Below are positions 1-13,500 of a stretch of 57,116 nucleotides of DNA, in pieces. The position numbers were made by a program, and so were the translations under genes. How positions within the stretch are numbered: the stretch's first letter is position 1; every line of letters starts with the position of its first letter. The stretch is taken from NCBI GenBank assembly GCA_900088475.1, contig FLMG01000390.1:1-57116 (forward strand), read 5' to 3'. The stretch comes from Hyphochytrium catenoides. Taxonomy: Eukaryota > Protista > Hyphochytriomycota. The notes below the pieces were generated by a model that was given only the letters and a program-made list of their open reading frames with translations, did not search any database and was not told where the DNA came from.

Positions 1-18
1 TGTCTTTCTCTTCCTCAC

Positions 19-988
19 CTGCTGCGTCTGTTGCTGGTTAGCCACGAAGTCTTGGTTGGACGCTTGGACTCTCTTCGCGGCGTCTGAAGAGTGTGTCATT
101 TGATCTTTCAGCTTCAGAGGAGAGAAAAAGAGAGAAAGAGAGAATAGGGGATAAGAGAGAGAGGAATAAAATGGTAAGCCCGTGGATGTCATCCCTGTCT
201 CTTCTTCCTTTCTCCATTTCTTCTTCTTCCCGCTGTTGTCTGCCCTCACTGGCCCTGGTAACTCTATCTCTCTTTCCTCTTGATTTTCTCTCTCTTCTTT
301 TTTGACTGCCTTTTGACTCCTCTGGACTGACCTCCTTCATATCCCTAGCCATCTTCTGCTTTGTCTTCTCTGATACGATCTCCTCTTTGATAAGAGTCAG
401 CTCCTAGAGTTCAACGGAGAGAGANNNNNNNNNNNNNNGAGAGAGAGAGAGAGAGAGAGAGAGGAGAGGAGAGGAGATGAGAGGAGTGCTCGAGCCATGA
501 CACTGGAGCGCGAGACTTACCTTCTTTATGTCCTGCACGACAGCCTTCCTTGATGTGAGCTCGACCTGTGAAGAAGAAGAGCCGCCGTACGTGTGTGAGA
601 CCGAGAGAGAGAGCGACAAGAAGACGGAGGAGAATAGGTTAGAAGACAGAGAAATTCCTAGAAAGAGACAGAAAAGGCGAGAGAGAGAGAGACAGGGAAA
701 GAGAAAGAGAAATGAAATAGACGCCAAGACAGAAGAGGAATAGAGTAGAAAATTAGACTAGAGCAGAGAATAGAGAGAAGTTGAAACGAAGTGAGATAGG
801 AGAGAGCAGGCGGCAGGGAAGGAACTACCTCGTTGATGTGTTTGAACTTGGACCTGTTGCTCTCCACCATCTGAACCGCTTTTTCTAAGAAATGCAAGGA
901 AGTTTCTGCTCCTTTAAGGTCTGTCGAGAGCTCTGCGAAAGATCCCCGTCAGCGCAAAAGAACGAGAGAGACACAGAGATAACAGAGC

Positions 989-1024
<36 letters not shown>

Positions 1025-1519
1025 GAGAGGGAGAGAGAGAGAANNNNNNNNNNNNNNNNNNNNNNNNNNNNNNNNTGAACTCTATATTGGAGAAAGTATT
1101 TGTGGAGAGGAAGAGGTCTCGCCATCGGTCGAAGCGGCTCTTCAAGAAGGAAATCTTCCCTTCTAACTCTCTGCATGACATAAGGGTCAGGCCCAGAGCG
1201 CGCGAGGTGAAGATTGAAAGATGGGAGAGAGAGAGAGAGACAGGCACGAGAGAGAAGCAGACAAAAGAGAGAGTGAGAGAAAGAGAGGAGAGAGAAAAAG
1301 CAGACAAGAGAGAAAGAGAGAGCGGGTTGGTTGGGAGGGCAGAATGAGAAGAGCGGCAAGGGAGAAGCAGGAAAGATAGACGTAAGAGGAGACGACAAAC
1401 ACCGATCAGACGGAGAGAGAGAGAGATGAGTGGCAGGAGACAGGAGAGAAAGATAGAGGTTCTTACTCTCTATAGACGTGGAAAGGATCCCCGCTGGCTT
1501 GCGTGGTCTCCGCCTCCAT
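19..1519 (-). CDS. STX6: Syntaxin-6/SYP61/Tlg1-like Qc-SNARE, spliced, 3' part runs off the window start
   Basis: Exons read by hand: 1519-1467 (MEAETTQASGDPFHVYRE), 1170-~1076 (ELEGKISFLKSRFDRWRDLFLSTNTF, into an N gap), ~950-828 (LEKAVQMVESNRSKFKHINE), 565-521 (VELTSRKAVVQDIKK), 403-332, 83-19 (AKRVQASNQDFVANQQQTQQ). The DPF..., EL..RK and Q-rich pre-SNARE segments match the syntaxin-6 N-terminal domain. Confidence 0.8.
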
Positions 1520-1967
1520 CAGTGGCCTCGTTAGCTCTGATTCCTGGTATGCAAAGTCCAAAGATTTCCCCAGCCCTCTCCGCACCAAGTTGGAGGACAG
1601 CATGAAGGGGGAGAGAGAAAGAAGGAGAAAGAACAAAGGAGGAGGAAGCGCGATCTCTCTCTCTCTTATCGCGGCTGGGTCAGAGGAGGACCAGACCGCC
1701 AGGCAGGCGGCGGAGAGTGCGGAGCTCTGTCTCCCTCTGCAGCTTGCGCCGTGACTCCTCCAGAAGTCTGAACTTTTCTCAGGCGAGGAGCTTTGTCCCC
1801 TGCGTGGCCTCCGTCCCGGACCTGTGACAGGATCCTCACGTCTCTTCCGCGACTTGTTGACAGCGAGCGGCGACCGGCGACACTTGGTAGCTAGCTTTCG
1901 GCGCTGATGAGCGATGAACTCTCGACCTTTTCTTCTCTTGGATGCAGTGACTGGGGCCGTCTTTCTG

Positions 1968-2004
<37 letters not shown>

Positions 2005-3005
2005 CTCTCCTCTCTCACCTCTCTTCTCTCTCTNNNNNNNNNNNNNNNNNNNNNNNNNNNNNNNNNNNNNNNNNNNNNNNNNNNNNNNNCTCTCTCTCTC
2101 TCTCTCTCTCTCTCCCTCCTGCTGTCTTTTCATCTTTTTGAGTCGCTTCTCTTCTGCGAACTCTTCTGAGTCCGCCCCACAACCAGAATGAAATATTTCA
2201 ATGTTCTAAGGTTTCATAGCGCTTCATATTTACAGTGTCATATACACTATAGAATGTGCCCGAAATCAATCTCTGAAGCTTTGAGCCTTTCAGTAACTTT
2301 CTAGTGCTGCTTGAAGGTCTTCTCGCTTCAAAAAATCTCTCTCTTTCTCTCTCTCTGTCTCTCTCTCTCTCTTTTTTTTTCTCTCTCCGTTTGTGCCTCT
2401 TTCTTCCTCTTCTCTCACGTCTGTTTGCCTGGGCGGCTGCCTGCTGGTCATCGGTCGTGATGCCTCCCTTGACTCTTTTTGCCCTTCTCTCCTTTGAATG
2501 CACCCTTCGCCTTGCCTGGGTGTGGGACGGCTCTCGTCCCTCTAACTAGGTTCTCCTGTGGGCCCGCTAGTCTTGGCTCCTCTTGGCACCAAGAGCTCCT
2601 ACAGTCTCTCTTCCTCTCTATATTCCGTCATGCTTCAGTTCATCTTCTCTCTAGCACGGAGCTCTTCTGCTGCTCTTGCTCTCGCACTGTCTTCTGACGT
2701 TCTACCTGTTCATCACTGCATTAGAAGTGGACTGAGCCCGTTCGCCCAAGGAGGGCGGGCGCAAGAGATAGCGATAACAGAGGCCAATAATTAGGGGGAA
2801 CATGAGTCCGCTAGTAGGCCGCGACAGTGAGAAGAGGGAGATAAAAGAAAGAGCAGAGAAGGGAAGAGTGAAAGAGAAAGAAGGGGAAAGAAGATAAAGA
2901 ATGCTAGAGGGAGAGAGGGAGAGGATGGAGGTGAAGATGTCCCCCAGTGATCGTTAAGAGAGGAGACGGAGGTCTTGAACTGGGAGGTCTCTCTTTACTT
3001 TGAAC

Positions 3006-4868
3006 TCAGTAATATGCAGCGCCTTCCGCAGACCGCTCTGCCACTCGTCTCACTCTTCTTCTATATTCTCCCTTGTCTGACGTGTACAGCTGCGACAGTA
3101 GTAACATGTATCCGAAGTCAGAGATATAGTCAGAAGAGAGACCCTGAGGAGCGCAGACAGGACAGAGAGTGGACGGACCACCAGCGACGAAAGGGATGGC
3201 GCGGCGGGGAGAGTGGGAAAGAAACAAGGAACTAAACGAGAAGAAAGAGAAAGAGGAAAGAACGAGAGACTAAAGCGGAGGAGAGAGAGAGAAAGAGAGA
3301 AAGAACGTCATGGGCAAGAGGGAAAGCGGTACTAGTGCTGGTCGGTACCTTCGCAGCCTCAAGATTGGCCGGGCTATTTGGGTTTGGATCTGTAAGGAGA
3401 GACTAAAGGGGAGAGATTGGCGCCACAGGCATTAGCAAAGGACTGAGAAGGAAAGAGAGCAAGGGAAAACCTAGAAAGCAAGACGAGTGAGCTGAGAAGA
3501 GAGAGATGGAGACAGATGACGCCAAAGGAGAAGACAATGTTTATAAGCCAAAACCTGTTGACTGTCACAGTCACAATCGGGTCATCCATGGTAGACGCAG
3601 AAGAGGATGAGATAAAAGGAGAGAAGAGACTCATGGATTGAAGAGTCTCGGTACCTGGATAGAGGTGAGAATGGTAGAGACAGTATAGATGGGAGACCAC
3701 TGGTCCTGGATGATGTCGAGACACAGCGAACCATCTGGGTAGACTGAAGGGAAGAGAGAAATGCACCGGGTCTTTCAGAGGTTATAAGACAGAAGCTTGG
3801 TTCTAGAGACATAGGTGATATCTCGTATGTAAGCGTTTGGGAGGTTGAAAAGAGAGAAATCCAAACAGAGAAAGAGCAAAAGAAGAGCTAAAAAAAGAGA
3901 GAGGTAATGACAGATAGCACTGCAAGAATAGCGAGAGAAGATAGCGCGGGGGTGCGGTGGGGTGGGGCAGGGAAAGGCAGACAGACAGAGAGAGAGAGAG
4001 AGAGAGAGAAGAGCTTGAGAAGAAGAGGATCAGAGAGAGAAGAACATAGGGTGATACAGGCAAGGCTATGGATAGGGAGCGTTACCATTAGGATGGAACA
4101 TTTCACACATAAACTTCACTTTTGGGGGCTTCTCTGGATACTGTTCGGGGAACGCGAGCCTGAGGGTGAAGATGCCGCCTAAGACCAGCCCCAGGTGCCA
4201 GAGTCAGAGACGCGATGAGAGACAATGTGAGCGAAGGATCTTCTCTCAGGAGGATAAGAGAAAAAGAAGAGCAAACTGGAACAGAAACGTAACAGGCAGC
4301 GCTGAAGAAGACTGAGAGAGACAGTGGAGAAAGTGCGACGGAGAGAGATAAGACAGAGAGAGAAAGAGAGAGAGGACAGAGAGGGAGGGGAGACAGCGAG
4401 CGAGAGAGAGAAGAGAGACAGAGAGAGAGTGAGTCAGTGGGAGATAAAAGGAAGGAGCTCGACATGATTGTGACGAAGAATCTGGATGTAGGGCACCGAC
4501 TGACCTTCCCAAGGGCTCTCGTCCGGACCTGTGACAGTAGCTTGCCAGATTCTAATATTGTCCTCGTCAATGGGAGAGGCGCTGATCCCCTGGTATGAGG
4601 AGGACATCATACGTCAGACGCTCTGCATCGTGCTCTCTCCCCTTCTCCCTCACACTCTGTCTCGGCCGGCGCTGTATCCTCTCTCTTTCTCTCGCTAAGC
4701 CAGCTTTGGCTCGCCCTGCTCCCTCTCTTTGGCCACCACTGCCTCTATCAGTAGCTCAGGCCTCTCTCACTCTGTCTGTCGTACCTCTGGTGGGTCCACA
4801 CTCAGCGCCTTCAGGTCACTGAGCAGCCGAATAGTGCAGGCTGATATCTTCTTTCCGCAGGCTTGCAT
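3006..4868 (-). CDS. UBC2: Ubiquitin-conjugating enzyme E2, UBC2/RAD6 family, 6 exons
   Basis: Exons 4868-4785 ([28 protein letters not shown]), ~4590-4505 ([28 protein letters not shown]), 4178-4086 ([31 protein letters not shown]), ~3742-3654 ([30 protein letters not shown]), ~3402-3349 ([18 protein letters not shown]), ~3089-3006 ([18 protein letters not shown]...stop). HPN motif and catalytic Cys present; GT-AG introns. Confidence 0.93.
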
Positions 4869-6159
4869 CCTTCTCCTTTGTCTCTACTGTCGCTCTGCAG
4901 TCACAGTCTTTCTCTTTGTCGCGTGTCTCAACCTCAAGCGTGGCTGAGCTGTGAGGCTCTTCTCTGTTGAAGGACCTCTCTTTCTGGCCTTCAAGCAGGC
5001 CAGACCCTGGCTTCAGCCCTGGCTTCAATCAACTCCGAGGCAGCATTGGGCGGGCTTCTTCCAAGCTTCCTGAGCCCAAGAGAGGAACAGAGGACGAAGA
5101 TAGAGAGAGAGAAAGAGAATATTTGGGGGGGGGNNNNNNNNNNNNAGAGCTGGGAAGCGGTAGAAACCTCAGCGACAAAGAAAGCGATGTACAAGAGGAA
5201 AGAGGTTGAGGACAGGAGAGAGAAGCGAAGAGGAGCAGAAGGAAAGAAAGGGCGGGGGAGAGAGAGAAGAGACAGAGAGAGAGAAAGAGAGAGAGAAGAG
5301 GGAAAGAGAGAAAGAGAGAGAGCGAGAAGAGATGAGGCAGAGAAGGTGAGAGAGAACAAAAGAAAGAGGGAGAAAGGTGAGAGAGAGAAAGACAGAAGGC
5401 GATGAGAGAGAGCCCTCGAAGAGAGAAGCCTGAGGAAGAGAAGCCCCTCTTCCCATCAAAGCGAGAGGACCAAATAGGCTCCACAGGATACCAATAAGAC
5501 AGAGCCCATCAATTTACAGCATTTCGCCAATGATAAAAACTAAAGAGATACAGAGACAGAAAACCTTGGGAAAGACCAGAACAAGAAACTTCTGCACCCT
5601 CACGATAGCCGTTACCGGCACTAGCTACAACCCTACTTTAAGTAGAGCCATACAGCATAAAACAACCACAAGATATTCTTGACATTGGACTTCTCTATAA
5701 TCTAAGATAGAGGAGCAAGCTCTGGAGCTCGCCCTCTGATATGAGTAATTCAGTCCGTCGGCCTGAATTAGGTTTTGGATGTTTGTCGAGTGGATTCTGA
5801 ATAGGAGGAGGTGTTTTTTAGAGAGAAGAGAAGGAGGAGGGAGAGAGGAGAAGAGGAAAAGGCTGAAAGAAATGATTGAAGTGGCTTGTTGGTTCAAGTG
5901 AAGGGATGGGTAAAGTAATCAAGGACTGGGTGAATGAGGTAATCACGGACTGGGTGGATGGGAGCCACTTGCAACCTGGCCTATCCATCTCAATTAGTGG
6001 TGACGTATATCCTCTCTCCGGAAGCTGCTGTTGGCTTGGGCCTCAGGGGCGTGATGCATCTCGAGCATTACCGACACACAGAAAATGGAAAGGATGATCT
6101 TCGCCTTTCACTTCAGGCACATTCACTAATAGCTTCGCCCTTCGGGCTCGCAATAAATA

Positions 6160-6532
6160 AAGGGTTGTGCCACTACTGTTTTGCCCTGCTACTGTACAAA
6201 TATTATGCCCACCCCTAACATAATGCTCTACGTGTAAATCCAGTGTGCCTGCCCACTCCAGCTATGAAGAGTTGAAAGGTCACACAACTGTATCCTATGC
6301 TAATGCCCATCATGGGCGAAACAGTAGCAGCTCTTTTGAGAGGAGAAAAACAGCTTTCACCATTTTAGACATAACTCCTCGACGGCTGGGAGTGAGAAGG
6401 TGCCCTTGAAATATGTTGCCCCTGAACTATATGGCTAGCAGAACTCAAGACGATTTGTCCATGGGGTGTCGTGGGAACAGACGCCACCACTTGGCTCTTG
6501 CTTAGGTTGGGCAAAATAGTGGCACAACCCTT
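6160..6532. mobile_element. MITE with ~25-bp terminal inverted repeats and TA target-site duplication (Tc1/mariner-like)
   Basis: Left end AAGGGTTGTGCCACTACTGTTTTGCCC and right end GGGCAAAATAGTGGCACAACCCTT are reverse complements apart from a 3-nt indel. TA sits at 6158-6159 and 6533-6534. No ORF inside. Confidence 0.7.
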
Positions 6533-6559
6533 TACTTTTTCAATGGCGCTCTTGTCGTA

Positions 6560-6810
6560 GAACTTCTAGGGGAGAAGATGTGTCAAAGATTTCCAAGAAG
6601 TAGCTTCTGAGCATAGAAGAAATCCTTTCCATTTCGTCTTTTCCCCTAGCGCATTCTATCTGTCGTCGAGGATTCGCTCAATATCCCACACGAGCTCATT
6701 GGTTTCTGGGTCAATAAAGGGTTTAGAGTAAGACTCCCGGCGGTCGTTGCATTCTTCCACGTGTGGAGGGAAAAGATATGGACAGGCTGTGCAATTCGGA
6801 AGCTCTTACT
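6560..6810 (-). pseudogene. Ty3/Gypsy (chromovirus-type) integrase C-terminal chromodomain remnant
   Basis: Minus-strand translation ELVWDIERILDDR*NALGEKTKWKGFLLCSEATSWKSLTHL fits the chromodomain pattern (W.IE.IL..R...KWKG...E.TW...HL) and contains a stop. Confidence 0.55.
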
Positions 6811-7584
6811 TTATAGCTCTTTGCACTTTGGTGGAGCCGTCTGCCCCTACTTCCCTGCCTGGAGAGTAACCCTTGGCGCTTGATCATTACGATGCTGTCC
6901 GGTCGGCTCGCCGTCCAGACCTAGGAGGCGACACTTTCTCCTCTACCTGCGGCAACGCCTTCCCCCATCAGCCTTAGTAGGTGCCCAGCTAGGGGAACTT
7001 CGCCTGCGCATTGGGTTTCTCCCGTGGTCTCTCATTGATTCTCAGCCTGCGCTCAACTTACTTTATTTTTACACTTACTACGTCCATACGCCGCTGAAAG
7101 AAATAAGAAGGGCCTAGAAAGCAAATTGGGACTCACGAAGGTTGGAGGCATTAGGTGAATATCATATCTGATATTGACTAAAAAGGGGTAGGAATGAAGG
7201 AATCTGACAAAACAAGCGAACCACAAAGCTAATGGCAAGAGAAGATATAACGTAAGAAAGCAAGACTATACAAGCTGATAAGAAAAGGCTGGGATGCAGT
7301 TGAAAAGACGCCTCTGCCTTCCATCGATCCACGGCACTCGTTACAGTGACTATCCATGCCTTACCGCGGCCGCATGTAGCTGATGAGCCCAGATATAGCG
7401 GCCAGAATAGTAATTCTCAAACCTCAAGGACTCAGGGAAAGGTGCACAGAGCGAGAGCACAAAAGAAGTAGAAGAGAGAGAGACACAAGGCGTAGCATCG
7501 TTTTCAAGAAGATACACAGAGACGTCGCCCGAAGAAGCAACAAAATTGGTAAATAGACAACAATTGAGCAGATTTAGCTCTCTT

Positions 7585-10500
7585 TCAACTGCTTTCTACC
7601 CATTGTACAGTCTGAAGGAGGCCTGCCGACACCTGTGACAGCTCCATCAGCTTCTTATAGTCAGGGCGGTCAGACGGGAGCATCGTCAGGCAACGGAGGA
7701 AGAGCGAGTTGGTCGCTGAGAGAGAAGGGGATGGCATGCAGGAGGAACCTTGGGCTGCCAACAGAGACAGGGATTAGTCCTTTAAAGGCTGAGGAAGTCA
7801 GAAGGGGAATTCCCAGGAAGAGAAATATGGAGAGACGAACGCCAACAGACAGACAGAAAGCAGACAGAAGAGAAGAAGGTAACTTCTTTCACAAATCTAG
7901 AGCCCGCTTATGCTCTGCTTACAGGTACTAGCTCACATGATCCATTAAAAGAACCAGCAGGCAAGGTAGAGAAAGACAAATAGCAAGTACGGGGAGACCA
8001 AATATCGGTGAGCAAAGAGTTCAGGTTGAGGACAGGGGACACATATTAGAGAATGGGTGATGGAAGAAGGAGACATTAGCTCTTACTTCTCTTGAATGGA
8101 GGCTCGTCGCTGGTGATCCAGTCGCTTAGATCCGCTGGGACAGAGGTCATTAGAGGCGCAAACTTCACACTGCGACGCATTTGGGAGAGGATGAGAGAGA
8201 GTCGTTGACGGCCAATGGCGACTAGCTCCTCCACTAACGAGGACTTGTCCTTCATCTACCAGAACCACCAGCAGACATGGAAGTACAAGACAGGGGTGAG
8301 ATGGCGCGTCACATCGAGTGCCAAAAAGAAGGTCGAAGCGACGAAGAAGAGTCAAGACCTAGGAACGCGGATAGCAGCAGAAGGCTGGATACAGTTGACT
8401 GAACAACGGGCCGAACGAAGGCTGGTTCTCTGACTTAACCCGATCCACCGAAAAGGCAAAAGGATAGAGTCAGAAAGAGGATCGCAGAGCGTAAGACGGA
8501 TAGATAGGACCAGTCCTTGTACCTGCACAAGAACCTCCTCTGCAATAATGTCCTGCCCTTTCTCATAGAGAAGGATAACCTGCCGCTGGCGGACAATCTC
8601 CGCGGAAATCCCATAGGATTGAGCAAGTGATTGGGCCATCTTATCATCCACCAACAGCACCTGGAAGACAAACTACAAGCAGCGACGCACCAATAAAGTA
8701 GCGTGACGGAGGCAGGTAGCAAATAACATGAGACCCATTAGCCTCCTAATATAATCCTTGCCGTCAGACAGAAAGTGCCAGCAGAAAGAGAAAGCTAAGG
8801 GACATAGTTGGCACTACTTCAAGAACCTAGGTCAAACGGAACCCCTCGGTCTCTAGAGCGACAAGGGATGTAGATTGGATTTACAAGGTGTGCAGGCGCG
8901 ACGAGAGAAGCTGTGAATAGCCTTGCTAGAGCCGTACACAAGAGGAAAGGAGAGATGTGGATGATAAAAGTGGAGACGGGCAACACATCTGCTGCTACGC
9001 AGAGGTAAGCGATAGACTCAACGTGCTGTCCGGTGGTTGGGCCTTACCTCCTTTCTAGCTTCATAAACCTGTCCTGCCTCTGCCGCGCTCCCTTTACCGC
9101 CAGGCGAACTCCTGCTCTCGATAGCCCACAGAGCATTAGGAGAGCAGAGGTCCGCTGATGAAGGGAATAAAGAGAGAGGATTCACTCCCTGCGGAAGGGA
9201 AGCGAGACGAAGTCAGTCTGAATGTTAGAGAGCTTATGAGATATGACAAAAGGGCAACATTCAGGTGTATGAGTCTATAAGAGGCGGCATGTAAAGACAA
9301 AAATGGCTTTACAAAGATAAACAGCAGTGGGGAATCGGGCAGATGGCCGGTCATTGACTGGGCCCGGCAAGACAGAAGGAAGGAAAAGAAAGAGAAGGTG
9401 AGAAAGAAAGAGAGGATAAGAGAACGTAAGGGAGAGAAAAAGAGAGACAGCACACTTGCCTTGATGTCATGTGCGACCAGCGCATCAAGCGTTTGTAAGA
9501 GGAGTATGTGCAAACGAAGAGAGGACGGCGAGGGTGCTTTCTGGCCAGAGCTCAGACGAGAGAAAAAGGAGGTAGACAAGGTGGTTGGCCAGTATCGCAA
9601 GGTTACACTAGTTCCCTTTATCTCTTCAACGGCTTGAGAGCGAAGACCGCTTCGCAGCTTTTGAGGGGTCTTTGGGGAAGCCAAGCCTTGCACTATGACC
9701 TGCGACAGGTGTACAGATGACAGAAAAGACGAGGTCCCCCGAAAGAGGTGAGGGCTTGAAAAAAAAATGAGAGAGAGGGAGAGATCAAGAGGTCCAAAAG
9801 CAACCTTGTCACAGCGGTGGAGCGAGGAAGCATCAGGAAAGTGGGCTTGACGCTAGCGGGATGGCCAAAGAGCAAAGGAGAGAGAAGGCGCAAGGGCGAA
9901 AGGGCGCATGGCGCCAGCTCAAGAAGGAAGAAGAAGCCTTACGTGTGAAAGAGAGGAGATTGGGAAGTCGATAGACGATAGGTGAACAGTTCCTCACTCT
10001 TACCCCGAGTACCCTCTGTACTTGTCCCAGTAACGCACGAATGTACGTCTTCTCCTCTGCTCTCTCCTCTATTCTTTCTTGTTCCCCTTCGGCTTTCTTC
10101 TTTCTCTTCTCGTCATCTTCTCCACTGCTCCTTGCAGTCAGAATATCTCTCACTTTGTCCCCTAAGCCTTCCTGCCATAGCTGCAGTGCCGCTCCTGTAC
10201 GCAGATCTATGTCTTCTATGGCGAACAGGTGTTGAAGGCACGCCACGAGTGTGACTATCTTTTTATCCTACAGGCAAGAGTAGCGGTCGTTAAGAAGAGA
10301 GCACGTTTGAACTAGGAACACAAAGAAAAGCAGGAAGAGATGAAAAAGACTGGATGGAGGTTGGAGTCGAAAAGACGGAGAGAGAGAACGAGAGAGAGAG
10401 AGAGGTGAGAGAGGCTAAAATGCACATCTATCAAGATAGAGATGTAGATGCTAAACTGACTGCAAACCTAAAGCAACGGGTAAGCAAAGAGTGAGAGAGA

Positions 10501-13500
10501 GAAGAGATTGACAGCACGAGCTGGCGGTAAGAGACAGGAAGACAGACAGCTCAAAAGCAAGCACCCTTCTTCCTACCTCTTTCCTCCATAACTGGAACAA
10601 CTGTAACGATCGGTAGTATGATAAGAGAGATGGCTGCCACAAGTGAGGGAACTTCCGAAGAAGAGCAACAACATTCTCTCTTATCCCCGCTGAGGGAGTA
10701 ACGTCCTTGAGATCTTGTAGGAGAGAGTCATAGCTGTCTCGGCTTCCTTCCTTTCCTGCTTCACGGTCTTCTATCCAACTTCTATCGCTTTCCTTGCTTT
10801 CGTCATCGGGACGGCGCAGCCGTTGGACGTCGCAAATTTGCTGCTCTATTCCTAAGATCTGGGACATGGAGAGAGAAGATGTGAGAAATTCCGAAGAGAA
10901 AGAGTGAGGAGAAGAGTAAAAGAACAGAGACGACAGCCAGAGATGGAATAAATCTAGAAACATAGATGCAGTGTCACTCTATCAGTTTGAATATCACCTG
11001 CGCTAGGTTCCACGTAATCTCGAGTTCGGCCCTAGCGATTGACATAAATATTGATTCACCGTCTTCTAGTGCTTCCTGCAATGGAAAGCATAAGAAAGAA
11101 AAGAGACTTAGAGACAGAATAAGGGAGAGAGAGGCAGAACACAGAAAGAAAGAAAAGAGAGAGAAAAACATATGGGAACGAGAGAGCACCAAGACAGAGA
11201 TTGAGAGAAAATCAGAGAAAGAGGGAGAGGCAAAAGTCCAGGGAAGCGCCGGACCGCATAGACAGAAACAGACACACAGGGAAACGACTCTTAGAGCATG
11301 AGGAGGCCTACGGTCACCAGCTCGTGGGGAGAGTTATTCTTCGGCCCAAACAACAGTAAAAAATAAAGGGAGGGAAGAGAAAACGAAGAGACAGAAGAGA
11401 CAAAGACGGCAAATGTAATCCCAAAAGTGACCCCAGCTCGGCTACTCTGGGGCCCGTCCTACCAGCGTCAATACTCTCTCTTTTTTTCCCAGTCTTTCAT
11501 TGATATAGAGAGCTATTCGAAGCTTCTCTCTGAGGACCAGCCACCGCCATCCTGCACTGTCTCCGTCCACCTTGCCCAAAGTCTTCTCTTCCAGAGCTTT
11601 TCCTCTTTCTCTCTCCACCTCATAGCACTGACAGCAAAGAAGAAGCGACGGAAGAAGGTCGGGCGAGCGCCGAATGTAGTCTATGATCTTCTCCAAGGGA
11701 GAGTTAGGAGGAAGTGATGGGGGCGGACGCGGAGGATGCATCTCTGTGTCTTCTTCATCCCCATCTTCCTCTTCTCCTTCTTCGTCTTCTTCCGCTTCAT
11801 CGGCATTACTGGGTGGACGTCTATGGGTGGAAGTAAGACCCAAATCTCCCCCTTCTTCTTCTAGGTAGAGGGAGAGCCAGCGATGGATAGGGGAAGAAGT
11901 AGGCTGGACTGGCTGTCTCTGAAGAGAACGAAGTGGGACCGAGAAGAACCACTCCAGGAAGAGCATCACATTCTTTGGTGGCGGAAGAAGTAGGCGCTGA
12001 TGGATGTTCCAAAGACGCTGCTCGACGCATCGAAGTCGTAAGAGAAAAAAGACGATCAGTTTTATGGATGGCAGAGAGGAGAGAGAGAGATGCGCTGTAG
12101 AGAAGAAAATAAGAGGCGGGAGAGGTTGAGGGGCAGGAGAACATGACAGGGACACCTTTAGAGCACAAGACTAACGTTTGAACGACACATCCCACCCAAT
12201 AGAGCTAGGGCATTGCGGCAAACGAACCAAGAGATGCAGAGGTTGGAAAGAGAGTCTAAGGCGGACTTAGAAGATGAGTAAGATGAGGAAGATGGAAGGC
12301 CCCGGCAAATTAAGTGCCATTTCCAGTGAGGCAATAGGAGAGGGTAAGGACTAACAGAGATAGGAACCTACCGAGATTGAGAAAACATCGTGCAACGCGC
12401 TGCAGAAGAGAAAGGCCAGTAACTGCTTTCTTTGTGAGCGAGACAGCGGTGGAGAGGACTTCAAGAGAACGTAGTCGTCGGACGAGCGAATGCCATGAAA
12501 GAGCTCCTCGGGAGACTTTGAGAAATCAACTGGGACCGAAGGCAGGAGGAAGGCATTGCAGAAGGTGACGCAGTCAACGGCTGGGAGTTGGGAAGCAAGG
12601 CTTTCTTCTACTATTCCATCATTATCAACCTCGCCCTCCTTCCGCAGTGGTTGGAGCACAGATAGCCAGCCCTTTATCTCGGTAAGGAGGGGCTGAGGCT
12701 CCTCCGTTGCTATCATAAAAGAGGAAGACTGATCCGCGATTTCTCCGAGTTCCTGAAGATGTTAGCCATTGATATTGCACAGGAAGACAGTCGTGAAACA
12801 GGTCAAGGGTCAGATTCTTCATAAAAGATTACGAGCTATGGCATTGGATGGGGGCGAAATGAGGTGACAGTCTTTATCATGAAGCGAGTGACCGAGGAGA
12901 AGGGAGAAAGGGAAACAGAAAGAAGTGCGGAGAATAAAGGACAGTCCTTAAAGAGGCAGCTGAGGCTAAAGGCCCCTATAAAATAGTTGAAAGCAGAACA
13001 AACAGAATGGAGAACGCCAGCTTGGTGTGCTGTCATCACCAACTCGCCACAACGAGATCGGGCGAGACAAACCGGAAGAAGAGAGGCTCAAAGAGGACGA
13101 GAGAAGAACTGGAGCATAATGACGGCTGACAAACCTGTCTTAAGAGTTGATAGCCTTGGAGAAGTAGCTTCCTCCATGAGAGGCGCTTGTAAAGAGAGGA
13201 GATCTGTTGAGGCGTAAAGCCAGGCACACGATATCCACCAGCATGGGACTGTAGCGAGGACTTGAGCCTCTACAGAGGTAAGAGAGAGGCAGCAAAACGA
13301 GGTGAGGGACGAAACTGACGAGCGCCAGGACGAGACGGAACTCTTAGGAGGAATAACATATAAAAGATCACGACAGTCAGTGGAGAGGTATAGAGCGTGA
13401 GAGATTGACCTTCAATAATTCTCTCTACAACCCGGTACCTATACAGCAAAGCCAACGCACCAATAGCGCAGACACAAGGAGAAGATTTGAGAAGACAGCG

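Noticed and set aside
1806-1830. CCGGACCTGTGACAG shared with ~4523-4537
   Set aside because: The second copy is UBC2 coding sequence (VTGPD); similarity does not extend, so probably chance.
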